Virus record (IMG/VR): IMGVR_UViG_3300042402_002055
Coordinates: 32,001 to 96,000 of that record
Reading direction: 5' to 3' (one strand)
From: a virus
Length of the DNA stretch: 64,000 bases
This document shows, piece by piece, positions 1-9,166 of this stretch. The notes under the pieces were generated by a model that was not told the DNA's origin, made no database searches, and saw only the letters and a program-made list of their open reading frames with translations. A program made the translations under genes and the position numbers. The number at the start of each line of letters is the position of its first letter. Within the stretch, counting starts at the first letter, position 1.

Positions 1-2
1 CT

Positions 3-569
3 ATTGTAGTTGAACCTGGAGTACATATTAACGATTTATTGGTAGGTGATAAGAATGCAATATTAGTTACAAGTAGAATGTTAGCATTTGGTCCTGATTA
101 TCAAATATCAGTTAGAGATAATGGTTCTGGACAAGATGTTGAAGTTAATGTTGATTTATCACAAATACAGGTAAAAGAAGTAGACGAATCTTTATTAAAT
201 AGACAAAATGAATACGAATATACATTACCTGTTTCAAAAACAACAATTAAATTTAAATTGTTAACACATGGTGATGAATTGGCAATAAATAAAGATATAG
301 AGGCAACCGAAAAGGTTTTAAAACAAGGTAATGAAATTACCGCAAGATATAGAAGAATTATAGTAGAAGTTGGTGGAAATAAAGATTTAGGATTTATTAG
401 TAATTTTGTAACAAATCAATTACTTGCAGGTGATAGTAGAGGTTTGAGAAAGTATATGAAATCTATAACTCCTGATTTAGATTTAACATTCAACTACGAA
501 CATTCAGACGGTGAAATGGAGGCACTAAGAATCCCATTCGGGTTAAACTTTTTTTACCCTGCCGAGTAA
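3..569 (+). CDS. T4 gp26-like baseplate hub/tail assembly chaperone (5' end lies outside the window)
   Basis: Frame is open from position 3 (IVVEPGVHINDLLVGDKNAIL...). Motifs LLVGDKNAIL..SR..AFG.DY and LPVSK..IKFKLLT, C-terminal IPFGLNFF; lies upstream of the tape measure gene. Confidence 0.7.
   Translation: MVVEPGVHINDLLVGDKNAILVTSRMLAFGPDYQISVRDNGSGQDVEVNVDLSQIQVKEVDESLLNRQNEYEYTLPVSKTTIKFKLLTHGDELAINKDIEATEKVLKQGNEITARYRRIIVEVGGNKDLGFISNFVTNQLLAGDSRGLRKYMKSITPDLDLTFNYEHSDGEMEALRIPFGLNFFYPAE
549..555 (+). other. Candidate programmed ribosomal frameshift site (T7 run in AAC TTT TTT TAC)
   Basis: Seven Ts just before the stop of the gp26-like ORF. The +1 (= -2) frame opens at 547, straight after a TAA at 544-546, and runs to 771. 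Confidence 0.55.
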
Positions 570-771
570 TTATTCAGTAGTTTTACATGAAAAAATATTT
601 CAAATGATATATTTTGCCAATGGTGGATTTAATTGGCAAGACCTATATTATATGCCTATTAAATTAAGAGAATTTTATTGGAGAGAATTGTTGAAAACAA
701 AAGAATCGGAAAAACAATCATACGAAAAGGCATCTAAAAAATCAAATACATCAAAAACATCTAGAAAGTAA
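550..771 (+). CDS. T4 gp51-like tail assembly chaperone extension (not in ORF track; frameshift product or ATG at 604)
   Basis: Manual translation: FFTLPSNYSVVLHEKIFQMIYFANGGFNWQDLYYMPIKLREFYWRELLKTKESEKQSYEKASKKSNTSKTSRK*. The W..LY.MP...R..Y pattern resembles gp51/gpT-type chaperones. Confidence 0.7.
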   Translation, partial: FFTLPSNYSVVLHEKIFQMIYFANGGFNWQDLYYMPIKLREFYWRELLKTKESEKQSYEKASKKSNTSKTSRK

Positions 772-779
772 TATTTATA
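771..779 (+). promoter_or_regulatory. Putative late promoter motif ATATTTATA
   Basis: Same 9-mer recurs just upstream of structural, virion and lysis genes, without the TTTG element of the host-type promoters. Confidence 0.45.
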
Positions 780-791
780 CTAAAGTATTTT

Positions 792-1040
792 ATGCCTAAA
801 CAAAGATTGATTGAAATGAGTGTTTTTAATAGATTATTAAATCTATTCTTAAAAGCAAAATCTAATAATAGAGAACAATCTTTTATAAGAGATATATCTA
901 AAAAAGACCCACAGTTGGGAAAGTTATATTCTATTTGGAATGATAGAATGGATGATGCATTAATTTCTATGAAAAATACTTTACAAAAGCAAGGATTGTC
1001 AACTAAAGAAATTGACAAAATTTTGAATAAAAATTACTAA
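792..1040 (+). CDS. Small hypothetical protein, probably virion-associated
   Basis: 82 aa; stop overlaps the tape measure start (TAATG); N-terminal RLIE resembles a prohead protease site. Confidence 0.6.
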   Translation: MPKQRLIEMSVFNRLLNLFLKAKSNNREQSFIRDISKKDPQLGKLYSIWNDRMDDALISMKNTLQKQGLSTKEIDKILNKNY

Positions 1041-3637
1041 TGGCAAAAGAGCAATTTTCTCAAGAGGATATAAAGGATATAAAAGAATATAGAGACTTAT
1101 TAAAAAGTACTCAAGCAGAATGGACTGCCATTAATAAAGAATTAGCAAAATATAAATATGTAACCAATCAAACAAAAGAAGATTTAAAAAATAAATTAAA
1201 GGCTTTAGTAAATGAATATGGTACATATAAAGATATTATTTCTGAATTAAAAAAATATGAAAATCTTGTCAAAAAAATAGAACAAGAACAAGAAAAGAAA
1301 CTAAAAAATTTAGAAAAAGAAAAAGACTTACAGGAAGACATTGAAGAAATAACTAAAAATCAATTAATAAATTTTGATGAATTAGATGAATTACAAAGAA
1401 GTATTACATCCGAATATAAGAGACAATATATAGATGCAGGTGCAATAGAAAAAAAGATAGATTCTACAAAAGCTTTAGTAGGTGGAATTAACACATTCTT
1501 AGAAAAAAATACAGACATACAGGGTAGACAAAAAGAATTAATTGAAGAAGCAGCTGACCAGTATAAAAATATGCCTATATCGGTTGCTGATTTAAAAAGG
1601 CAATTAAAAAGTGGTAGTATTACTCAAAAAGAATATAATAAGGCTTTATATGAAATGTCAGACACATTTGAAGAAACTATTTCAAAAATAGATAAAAATG
1701 ATGAAAGACTTAAAGGTATTTTGGAGACTTTAGAAAAGATGAAGGAAGAAACCAATGCTTTTGGAACAGCAATGGGTAAAACATCAGAAGCGGGTGAATT
1801 ATTTTTTGATAAAACATTTGGAGCTATGCCTGGAGGAATTGGTGAACTTTCCAATTCAATTAAAGAAGCAAAAAAAGAATTTAAAGAAACGGGAACTCTA
1901 TCGGATTTAACACTCGCGGGAGGAGCTTATTTAGCAGCAAGAGCTAAATTTTATGCGGGTAATGCTTTTGGTATGGTTAATCCCACCGGTGCTCAACCAA
2001 TACCAGAATCAAATGATAGTAATCCATTAATACAACTTTCTTCTCAATTAAAGTATTTAGACGCACTATCTGATAAATATAACACATTAGCATCCGCATC
2101 TGAAAAGTTTTATATGAACAATTCTGGTTTAACCAAACTATTTGCAGAATTTGATTTTCAAACACAAGTTCAGCTTGCAAGAAAAGAATTTGAAAAAACT
2201 TCTAAAACTGCATTTTTTGGTAGTGGATTGGGTAGTGTAAAATATGCGGCTGACCAATTACAAATGGCAGGAATAGGTGCAGATGTAATAGTATCTACTA
2301 TGTCAGAAATGACAACAGGTGCAAATAGTGGAATTCAAGGATTAAGTGAAGATGTTGCAGTATTTTCTAAAAAAACAGGAATAGCCGCATCAGAACTTTC
2401 CGGAATAACTGGATTATTTAGAATGTTGGACAAAACGGGTGGTGCAGATGCATTTAAAGATTTAACATCGTCTTTAAGTGCAGCCGATTTGGATAAATTC
2501 AATATTGCAGATATTTCAGGGGAATTGGCCAACTCTAGTGAAATGGCATTACTTGCCAATATAAAAAGTGGTAAAGAACTAGTTAAACAGGTTAGAAATG
2601 TAAGAGAGATGGGTGGTTCTTTTGTAAAAATTGCAGAAGCTGGTAAATCTATGGTATTAAATTACAAAGATAGTATTAAAAAAGAAATGGAATTATCTGC
2701 AATGTTGGGTGAAAATGTTGACCTTTCAGAAGCTAGAGCACTATTTGCTGCAGGAAAAGATGATGAGGGGTTTAAATCATTAAAAGATTCTGGAATATTA
2801 GAAAAAGCTCAAGCACAGGGGATTTTTGCAGTAGATTTAGTCAATAGTCTTTTTCCGGCACAACAATTAGCTAAACAACCTTTGGAAAAGGGGGCATCTG
2901 CGGGAATAAAATCAAATGAAGATTTTTTAAAAACTTTACAAAATTCTTTAAAAGATTTTGAAATAGGTAGTGCTATAATAAATGTGCAAAGAGCCGGATT
3001 GAGAGAATTATTACAATTTGCTCCTGGAAATAAAGGTGATGAATCTGTAAATCAACAATTGGCAAAATTAAGAGAAAATGCATTTTCTGATGCAATTAGT
3101 ACATTAGTAGATATTCAAAAATTTGCATTAAGAGAAGGGAAAATAATTGGTGAAGTTCCAGTACTTGGGCCCCCACTAAAATCTGCACTTGATTTAATAG
3201 AGCAACCTTCCGGAATAAATAACCCATATATAACTGGTAAATTTCCAAAAAATAATGATAAATTATTCGGAACAACACCATTTTTAAATCAAACCAACCC
3301 ACAAGGAACCCCAGCCGAACAAAAAGAGAGATTAAAAAAAGCTATTGAGGAAATTAAAAATTCAATGCCAAAAGGAGGAGTTATTAAGGGTAGTACATTT
3401 GATTTTAATATGTCTGAGGTAATTTCTCAACCATTGAAGATATCAAATACTTCACTTAAAAGTATAGATGTTCAATCAACTACACAAACTGGATTATTAC
3501 AAAATTTACAAACAATAATGGCAACACTGGCAAATTTTACAGACCCAACTTTTGGATTAAAATTGTTAATAGATGGTAAGGATGTTAAAAGTAGAATTGA
3601 AAAAATCAAAATACAAGAAAAAGGAAAAACTAAATAA
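1040..3637 (+). CDS. Tail tape measure protein
   Basis: 865 aa, helical/coiled-coil, Ala/Gly-rich core, C-terminal LLIDGKDV; position between chaperone and baseplate genes. Confidence 0.75.
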   Translation: MAKEQFSQEDIKDIKEYRDLLKSTQAEWTAINKELAKYKYVTNQTKEDLKNKLKALVNEYGTYKDIISELKKYENLVKKIEQEQEKKLKNLEKEKDLQEDIEEITKNQLINFDELDELQRSITSEYKRQYIDAGAIEKKIDSTKALVGGINTFLEKNTDIQGRQKELIEEAADQYKNMPISVADLKRQLKSGSITQKEYNKALYEMSDTFEETISKIDKNDERLKGILETLEKMKEETNAFGTAMGKTSEAGELFFDKTFGAMPGGIGELSNSIKEAKKEFKETGTLSDLTLAGGAYLAARAKFYAGNAFGMVNPTGAQPIPESNDSNPLIQLSSQLKYLDALSDKYNTLASASEKFYMNNSGLTKLFAEFDFQTQVQLARKEFEKTSKTAFFGSGLGSVKYAADQLQMAGIGADVIVSTMSEMTTGANSGIQGLSEDVAVFSKKTGIAASELSGITGLFRMLDKTGGADAFKDLTSSLSAADLDKFNIADISGELANSSEMALLANIKSGKELVKQVRNVREMGGSFVKIAEAGKSMVLNYKDSIKKEMELSAMLGENVDLSEARALFAAGKDDEGFKSLKDSGILEKAQAQGIFAVDLVNSLFPAQQLAKQPLEKGASAGIKSNEDFLKTLQNSLKDFEIGSAIINVQRAGLRELLQFAPGNKGDESVNQQLAKLRENAFSDAISTLVDIQKFALREGKIIGEVPVLGPPLKSALDLIEQPSGINNPYITGKFPKNNDKLFGTTPFLNQTNPQGTPAEQKERLKKAIEEIKNSMPKGGVIKGSTFDFNMSEVISQPLKISNTSLKSIDVQSTTQTGLLQNLQTIMATLANFTDPTFGLKLLIDGKDVKSRIEKIKIQEKGKTK

Positions 3638-3659
3638 TCTCAACAAATTATAATATAAG

Positions 3660-3668
3660 ATATTTATA
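3660..3668 (+). promoter_or_regulatory. Putative late promoter motif ATATTTATA
   Basis: Intergenic, 16 nt before the ATG at 3685. Confidence 0.45.
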
Positions 3669-3684
3669 ATAAATAAAATTATAA

Positions 3685-5349
3685 ATGGCTCAATTTCTTA
3701 GAGATTTATTAAGGAATGGATATAATGGTGTTAAACCAATAGAAACCGTTGAAAAAAAGAAAGGACTAGGTCAGAGAATTAAAGATGTCGCAACGGCAGA
3801 ATTAGATAAAAATGGCCCAAGAGTTTTATTTTACAAACGATTACCAACATTATATGGTTCAGATTTAGTTAGAATATCAACTAAAGGTTCGGTTGAACCT
3901 GCAAGAACATTGACCGTTAGAGGTGCAAGATATGTAGATACAAATAATGCAGGTGGTGGTGGATTTGCTAGATTTTTAGGTAATTTATTAGGTGGTTCTG
4001 CAAATAGACCATCCGACACTATATTCCCCGCAAATGACCAGGGGCAAGGTATTGCAAGTGAACCTCCTGTTTCAATAAATGGACAACCTATCAATGGTGA
4101 TTGGAATGGTTTAAAGTATGCAGTTGAAGCTGGTAAAAATTATGCAGTATCACAAGAGCCAGCAGGTAAAAATGCACTTACTGGATTATTAAAAGGAAAT
4201 CCATCAGACATTGCAAGAAATGCAGCTGGAGCAATTACAGGTGCTGCAAAAAATGCAGTAAAAAATATTGCAGTAAATGCATTGACTTCAAGAAGGAAAA
4301 ATGCAATTGGTGATTTATCTGATAAACTAAAAAAATCAGCAAATTTAAATACAACTGTTAGAGTACCAAATACAAAAGAAAAACCTGGTAGTAAATTTAT
4401 AAAGGTAAAAGATGGTGTATTGGGGATTCCAAAATTGATTGATGTTAAACAATTAGGATTAAAAGAAAGAAATTATTTAATTGATACGATTTTACAAAAA
4501 GAATCCTTAGTAAACTACGCAAGATTAAAAGACATAGTAGAACAAAATACAGGAAATAACTTACAATTTATAAAAATAAAAAAAGAAGGAACAGGTCCAA
4601 ACGAAGGTGCATATCTATTATTTCCGGCAACCATAACCGATGTACAGGATAATATGACACCTGAATGGTCTTCATTTAAATATGTTGGTTCACCTTTTAA
4701 TACTTACAGATATACGGGTGTTGAACGAAAGATATCATTTGATTTTAGAGTTTATTATATTGAAAATGGTGACCAGATTGTAATGCGTAATAAATTGAAC
4801 TTATTAAGAGAATTGGTATACCCGTCGACAAACGTTACATCGATAAATTTAACAGGAACAGAATATACACCAATTGTATTCAAACCAAATACTATACAAC
4901 TCAGTATAGGTGCATTATATAATAACTTAAAAGGATTTATTTCAAATTTATCAATAACGGTTCCACAAGAAGCCCCTTGGGCAACATCAAATCCAAATTT
5001 TTTGAAAGAAAATGTAAATATGGTATATCCTACTTTTGTTGATGTTTCATTTGAAATGACTATAATTGAAAATCATATATTAAATCCAAATGAGGGTATT
5101 ACATATAGATTTGATGATGTTGAAGAAAAAGACCCGAGACCTACATTACAAACTCCAAATGTATCATCATTAAATGGGGTAAGAGCTGACAATGGATATA
5201 ATGATGTTGGAATTAAAACACAGTTTCAAAAAAACAGAGAAATAGATAGACTAGCTGATTTTGCAAATCCTGGATTAACAAATTCAATTTATGGTAAAGG
5301 AGGAATAGTTAAATGGGATGCATTTAAAGATAGACCAAAAGGAGAATAA
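3685..5349 (+). CDS. Baseplate/tail tube initiator-like protein
   Basis: C-terminal half has F.A.IT...D...PEW....YVG.....Y.YTG.ERKISFDF and G.I.NLS.T....PW, a tube-initiator-type pattern; baseplate context. Confidence 0.6.
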   Translation: MAQFLRDLLRNGYNGVKPIETVEKKKGLGQRIKDVATAELDKNGPRVLFYKRLPTLYGSDLVRISTKGSVEPARTLTVRGARYVDTNNAGGGGFARFLGNLLGGSANRPSDTIFPANDQGQGIASEPPVSINGQPINGDWNGLKYAVEAGKNYAVSQEPAGKNALTGLLKGNPSDIARNAAGAITGAAKNAVKNIAVNALTSRRKNAIGDLSDKLKKSANLNTTVRVPNTKEKPGSKFIKVKDGVLGIPKLIDVKQLGLKERNYLIDTILQKESLVNYARLKDIVEQNTGNNLQFIKIKKEGTGPNEGAYLLFPATITDVQDNMTPEWSSFKYVGSPFNTYRYTGVERKISFDFRVYYIENGDQIVMRNKLNLLRELVYPSTNVTSINLTGTEYTPIVFKPNTIQLSIGALYNNLKGFISNLSITVPQEAPWATSNPNFLKENVNMVYPTFVDVSFEMTIIENHILNPNEGITYRFDDVEEKDPRPTLQTPNVSSLNGVRADNGYNDVGIKTQFQKNREIDRLADFANPGLTNSIYGKGGIVKWDAFKDRPKGE

Positions 5350-5646
5350 ATGAGATACACATATAATAAAATATTAAAAGAAAAGGCAACACAAAAACAA
5401 TATTTTGAATCAACTATATATCCAAAAGTTAAGGCAACAGATAATGATATATACATTATATCAACACAATCTGATAGATTAGACTTATTGGCTTCAAAAT
5501 ATTTTGGCAATGCATCTTATTGGTGGATAATATCGGTTGCAAACAATTTAAATGATGCATCTTTATCAATAGAACCTGGTACACAATTAAGAATACCATC
5601 CAACATAAATTCTGTATTAAACGAATTTGAAAGAATTAATAGATAA
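5350..5646 (+). CDS. LysM-domain baseplate wedge protein (gp53/TailX-like)
   Basis: DRLDLLASKYFGNASYWWIISVANNL...IEPGTQLRIP. Confidence 0.8.
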   Translation: MRYTYNKILKEKATQKQYFESTIYPKVKATDNDIYIISTQSDRLDLLASKYFGNASYWWIISVANNLNDASLSIEPGTQLRIPSNINSVLNEFERINR

Positions 5647-5651
5647 GTTAT

Positions 5652-7910
5652 ATGATTTACTTAGCACCTCTCAAAAAATGGGTAGTAGATATTTTAGAAG
5701 AAAGAGAAAATAATCCAAAACTGGCAAATACAAAAATGCCATTTGTGATTATGACTTCTGGTGCAAAGGTGATTAAATCAGGAGGCCCTGCAAATACAAA
5801 AAAAGAGGCACTTGAACGAACAAAAGAAATTATACAAAATGATACCGGAGTTGAATATAAAGGATGTATAATTGCAAATCAATTTAATCCATCTTTAAAT
5901 TATTCATTAGGCCAAACTCCTGTTGGATTTGATTTTACAGGAAAACTAATAACTGCGGTTGGTGAATTTGGTAGAAAAATATCCATGCCAATTATAGAAT
6001 CGGTTGATATCAATACCGATGGTACGAATAATACATTATTGACTGCAAACGTAAATGTTAGATGTTTTTCATTAAAACAGTTTGAAATGTTTGAATTGTT
6101 TTTTTGTAAAGCAGGTATGCATATATTGATAGAGTATGGTGATAATTCGAACTCACATACATTAATTTTAGATGAAGTAATGATTGATAAGTCGGATTAT
6201 GAAACATTTGTTAAAACTTTTAAATCATTTACTGACCCAAAAATACAACAATTTGCTAAATATTTAAAAGCTTGTGAAATATCAAATGGTTCATATGCTA
6301 GAGTTGCGGGTAAATTGATAAATTATAGTTATTCAATTGAACAAGATGGAACATATTCGGTACAATTGGAAGTTGCACAATCAAATGAATACAATTTGGC
6401 ATTACCAAAGGCATTTATTACAAAGTATAAAGCCTTCGATGCACCTTCAAAGGGTGTAACGGTATGGGAACAGTGGACAAATAAATTGGTAAATGATTTA
6501 CCTGGATTGAATAAAGATATGGTGAAAAAATTAAATGAAGCGGAATGGAAAAATCATTTTTTTAATTGGGGTAAAATCAACGAAGACGAAATAGATAAAA
6601 CTGCATCAACCGAACCATACCTATCTTTAAAATTCATATTAGAAATTTTAGCAAATAATACGGCAAATCAAGGAAACAATTCTGATTTTATATCATTTAA
6701 AAGTGATTATTTTAAAATTAAAGATTCAAATGAAAAGATAATTCCAATAACTGTACATAATAATATGATATCATCCGACAATGATATAATATTTCCAAAT
6801 GAAAATTTACCTGAATTTACATTTAATTCGGGTTCTGGCCTGATTGAAAGAAAAACCAATGGTTCGATTGATGGTAGTATTGGTGTTGGTAATGATAAAC
6901 TTTCTTTAATTCCAAATAAAGAAATAACATTTATAGACCCATTAGAAAAAAATACAATATTAAAACTTGTAGAGATTAAAGATAAAAATAATCAAACATT
7001 GGTTGATTTAAAAATTGGAAATGCACTAAACATTTTTGTATCGTATAAAGTTGTTGGGGGAGCTTGGGAAAGAAATACAAAAATCATAGATTTTATAGTT
7101 GATATATTAGATAGAATAAATAAAACTTCTTTTGGTTTATTTAAATTAAGAATTGGGTCTTTATATGAGGGTGCAAAACAAACAGTAATAGACACAAAAT
7201 TATATCCGTTAAATACGGAACAACCCAGTAATAGAAAAGAATATAGATTTAAACCAACAACCATGAATTCAAATGTTAGAGATTTCAAATTTAACTTTGA
7301 ACTAACGGACCAGGTAGCTGCAGCAACTATATTCAATTCATCTAAATTTTTGGCAAATAGAAAAGCAGTAAAAGAAGGAAATCCTGAAAATAAGGATAGT
7401 ATAAATTTATCACCAGAATTATATCAAAGTATAGATTACTCTGCATTTTCAACGGCTGACGGATATTTTTCTATAAATGAAATAGAATATCAACAACTTA
7501 TAAATACTCCAGTAAAACCAAATACTGATGATAAAAATAAGACAAAAGAAGGTGCAGATGCCGAAAAAGAAGCAAAACGAAAATCTTATGATAATTTTCA
7601 AACTAAATTCAAATTCAAAAAAGGAGATATACGAACATTGGTTTACGAAGATTATAGTTTTATAAACACAGAACTTGGATTGAATACGGAGGATGTTAGA
7701 AGTAGATTTGAATTAGTGACTCCAATAAAAGTAAATTTGACAATTGATGGTATTAGTGGTATAACCTGTGGTGAAACGTTTAAAGTAGATGGTATACCTG
7801 AACAATACAATAGATTAGGACAATTTCAAATAACGAATACCAAACATGTAGTAAGTACGGACCAGGGTTGGACTACCGAAATAGAAGGTGAATTTAGATA
7901 TGGTGTTTAA
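5652..7910 (+). CDS. Baseplate hub-like structural protein
   Basis: 752 aa; C-terminal LTIDGISGI..GETF...GIPE.Y....FQI....H......WTT.I typical of hub proteins; follows the LysM wedge gene. Confidence 0.55.
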   Translation: MIYLAPLKKWVVDILEERENNPKLANTKMPFVIMTSGAKVIKSGGPANTKKEALERTKEIIQNDTGVEYKGCIIANQFNPSLNYSLGQTPVGFDFTGKLITAVGEFGRKISMPIIESVDINTDGTNNTLLTANVNVRCFSLKQFEMFELFFCKAGMHILIEYGDNSNSHTLILDEVMIDKSDYETFVKTFKSFTDPKIQQFAKYLKACEISNGSYARVAGKLINYSYSIEQDGTYSVQLEVAQSNEYNLALPKAFITKYKAFDAPSKGVTVWEQWTNKLVNDLPGLNKDMVKKLNEAEWKNHFFNWGKINEDEIDKTASTEPYLSLKFILEILANNTANQGNNSDFISFKSDYFKIKDSNEKIIPITVHNNMISSDNDIIFPNENLPEFTFNSGSGLIERKTNGSIDGSIGVGNDKLSLIPNKEITFIDPLEKNTILKLVEIKDKNNQTLVDLKIGNALNIFVSYKVVGGAWERNTKIIDFIVDILDRINKTSFGLFKLRIGSLYEGAKQTVIDTKLYPLNTEQPSNRKEYRFKPTTMNSNVRDFKFNFELTDQVAAATIFNSSKFLANRKAVKEGNPENKDSINLSPELYQSIDYSAFSTADGYFSINEIEYQQLINTPVKPNTDDKNKTKEGADAEKEAKRKSYDNFQTKFKFKKGDIRTLVYEDYSFINTELGLNTEDVRSRFELVTPIKVNLTIDGISGITCGETFKVDGIPEQYNRLGQFQITNTKHVVSTDQGWTTEIEGEFRYGV

Positions 7911-7921
7911 ATAAAAATAAT

Positions 7922-8296
7922 ATGTATAAAGACGTTGCAAAAAATATTGAAAATTTTACATTACAAATTCCAAAAACCGTAATCCCGACTCCATCCGAAT
8001 TTGATTATGACAATGGATTTTTAAGAAGATATTTTATTCAAAAAACAAATGATTCAAATGGTTTTGTTTTTGAAGTATCCGAAGAAATACATGATGAGCT
8101 GAGAGATAACCCATTTTGGAAAGTTGCAGACTTAAAGTGGAGAATATCAGGACCAAAAGAAACGGTATATAATCAAATGGGTGAATTATCAGATGTTGGT
8201 GTTGAAATAACAAATAAACAAATTATCAATCTAACTTCTAACAAGATAAGAAATATATCATTATATCTACCAAACCTATTACAATTTCACAAATAA
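7922..8296 (+). CDS. Hypothetical protein of the baseplate module
   Basis: 124 aa in operon; P.P...DY..GF..RYF and LKWRISGP motifs. Confidence 0.6.
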   Translation: MYKDVAKNIENFTLQIPKTVIPTPSEFDYDNGFLRRYFIQKTNDSNGFVFEVSEEIHDELRDNPFWKVADLKWRISGPKETVYNQMGELSDVGVEITNKQIINLTSNKIRNISLYLPNLLQFHK

Positions 8297-8299
8297 TAA

Positions 8300-8331
8300 T
8301 TTGGTAAAATAAATTATTTTTACTATATTTA
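8300..8331 (+). promoter_or_regulatory. Bacteroidota-type sigma70 promoter (-33 TTTG / -7 TATATTTA)
   Basis: TTTGGTAA, 20-nt spacer, TATATTTA; one of 11 matching copies. Confidence 0.7.
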
Positions 8332-8351
8332 GTTATAAACAAATTAAAGTT

Positions 8352-9128
8352 ATGTCAAAATTTAAACATCTTACCACCGAAGAAATCCAACAAATGACAT
8401 TTGATTGGAGATATAGAGGTTGGACAGTATTGGAACTACTTACCGAATCAGAAGTTGATGAAATAAATGCAGAATTAGATAGATTGCGTTTAGAAAGAAA
8501 TGAATCTGAACCTGAAAAATGGCAAGAGTATGAACCATTTATGTATCCTCATAAATTATCTGATAAGTTAGAAAAACTATTTGCACATCCAAAGTTGATA
8601 GAGGCAATGGAGTTTTTAATGGAAGGTGAAATCGTAGGTATGCAAACTTGGGCATATTTTAAACCAAAAGGTGAGTTGGGTAGAGACCAACATCAAAATG
8701 CATTCTATACAGGTTGTGGCCATAATGAAATTGTAAACACTGCATTGGCATTAGATAATCACGACCCTGAAAATGGTTCAGTTTGGAATTATGAAGGTTC
8801 ACATAGATTACCTGTTTTACCTATGGAAGATAATGAGGAAAGAAAGGCAACTAACACTGCAAACTGGAGAAGTGAGAGAGGAATTAGTTGTGTAATGCCT
8901 GAAGGGCATGATTTCCGTAAAGTAGAAGGACATTTGAAAAAGGGACAAGTTGCACTTTTACACTCTCATGTTGTACATGGTTCTGACCCAAATAAAGATA
9001 CTACAAGAATGAGAAGAAATTTCTTAGGTGGTTATTTAAAGAAGGGTGCATATTTTAGACCAGGAAACCAAATGAAGAGAGAACCAATTGATATCTATGA
9101 AGTTAGAAAGAAACATTGGGGAGAATAA
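8352..9128 (+). CDS. Phytanoyl-CoA dioxygenase (PhyH)-like 2OG-Fe(II) oxygenase
   Basis: ALD....ENG......GSH, LKKGQVALLHSHVVHGS.PN.....RR; the first metal motif reads H-Q-N. Confidence 0.8.
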   Translation: MSKFKHLTTEEIQQMTFDWRYRGWTVLELLTESEVDEINAELDRLRLERNESEPEKWQEYEPFMYPHKLSDKLEKLFAHPKLIEAMEFLMEGEIVGMQTWAYFKPKGELGRDQHQNAFYTGCGHNEIVNTALALDNHDPENGSVWNYEGSHRLPVLPMEDNEERKATNTANWRSERGISCVMPEGHDFRKVEGHLKKGQVALLHSHVVHGSDPNKDTTRMRRNFLGGYLKKGAYFRPGNQMKREPIDIYEVRKKHWGE

Positions 9129-9130
9129 AT

Positions 9131-9161
9131 TTTGTAAATCAAAATATTTTTAGTATATTGT
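9131..9161 (+). promoter_or_regulatory. Bacteroidota-type promoter, near-leaderless
   Basis: TTTG-N19-TATATTGT; ATG lies 13 nt after the first T of TATATT. Confidence 0.6.
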
Positions 9162-9166
9162 AGGGT

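Noticed and set aside
3-8296. Bacterial extracellular contractile injection system
   Set aside because: Directly linked to a complete T4-like replisome and an endolysin, so it is a phage tail module
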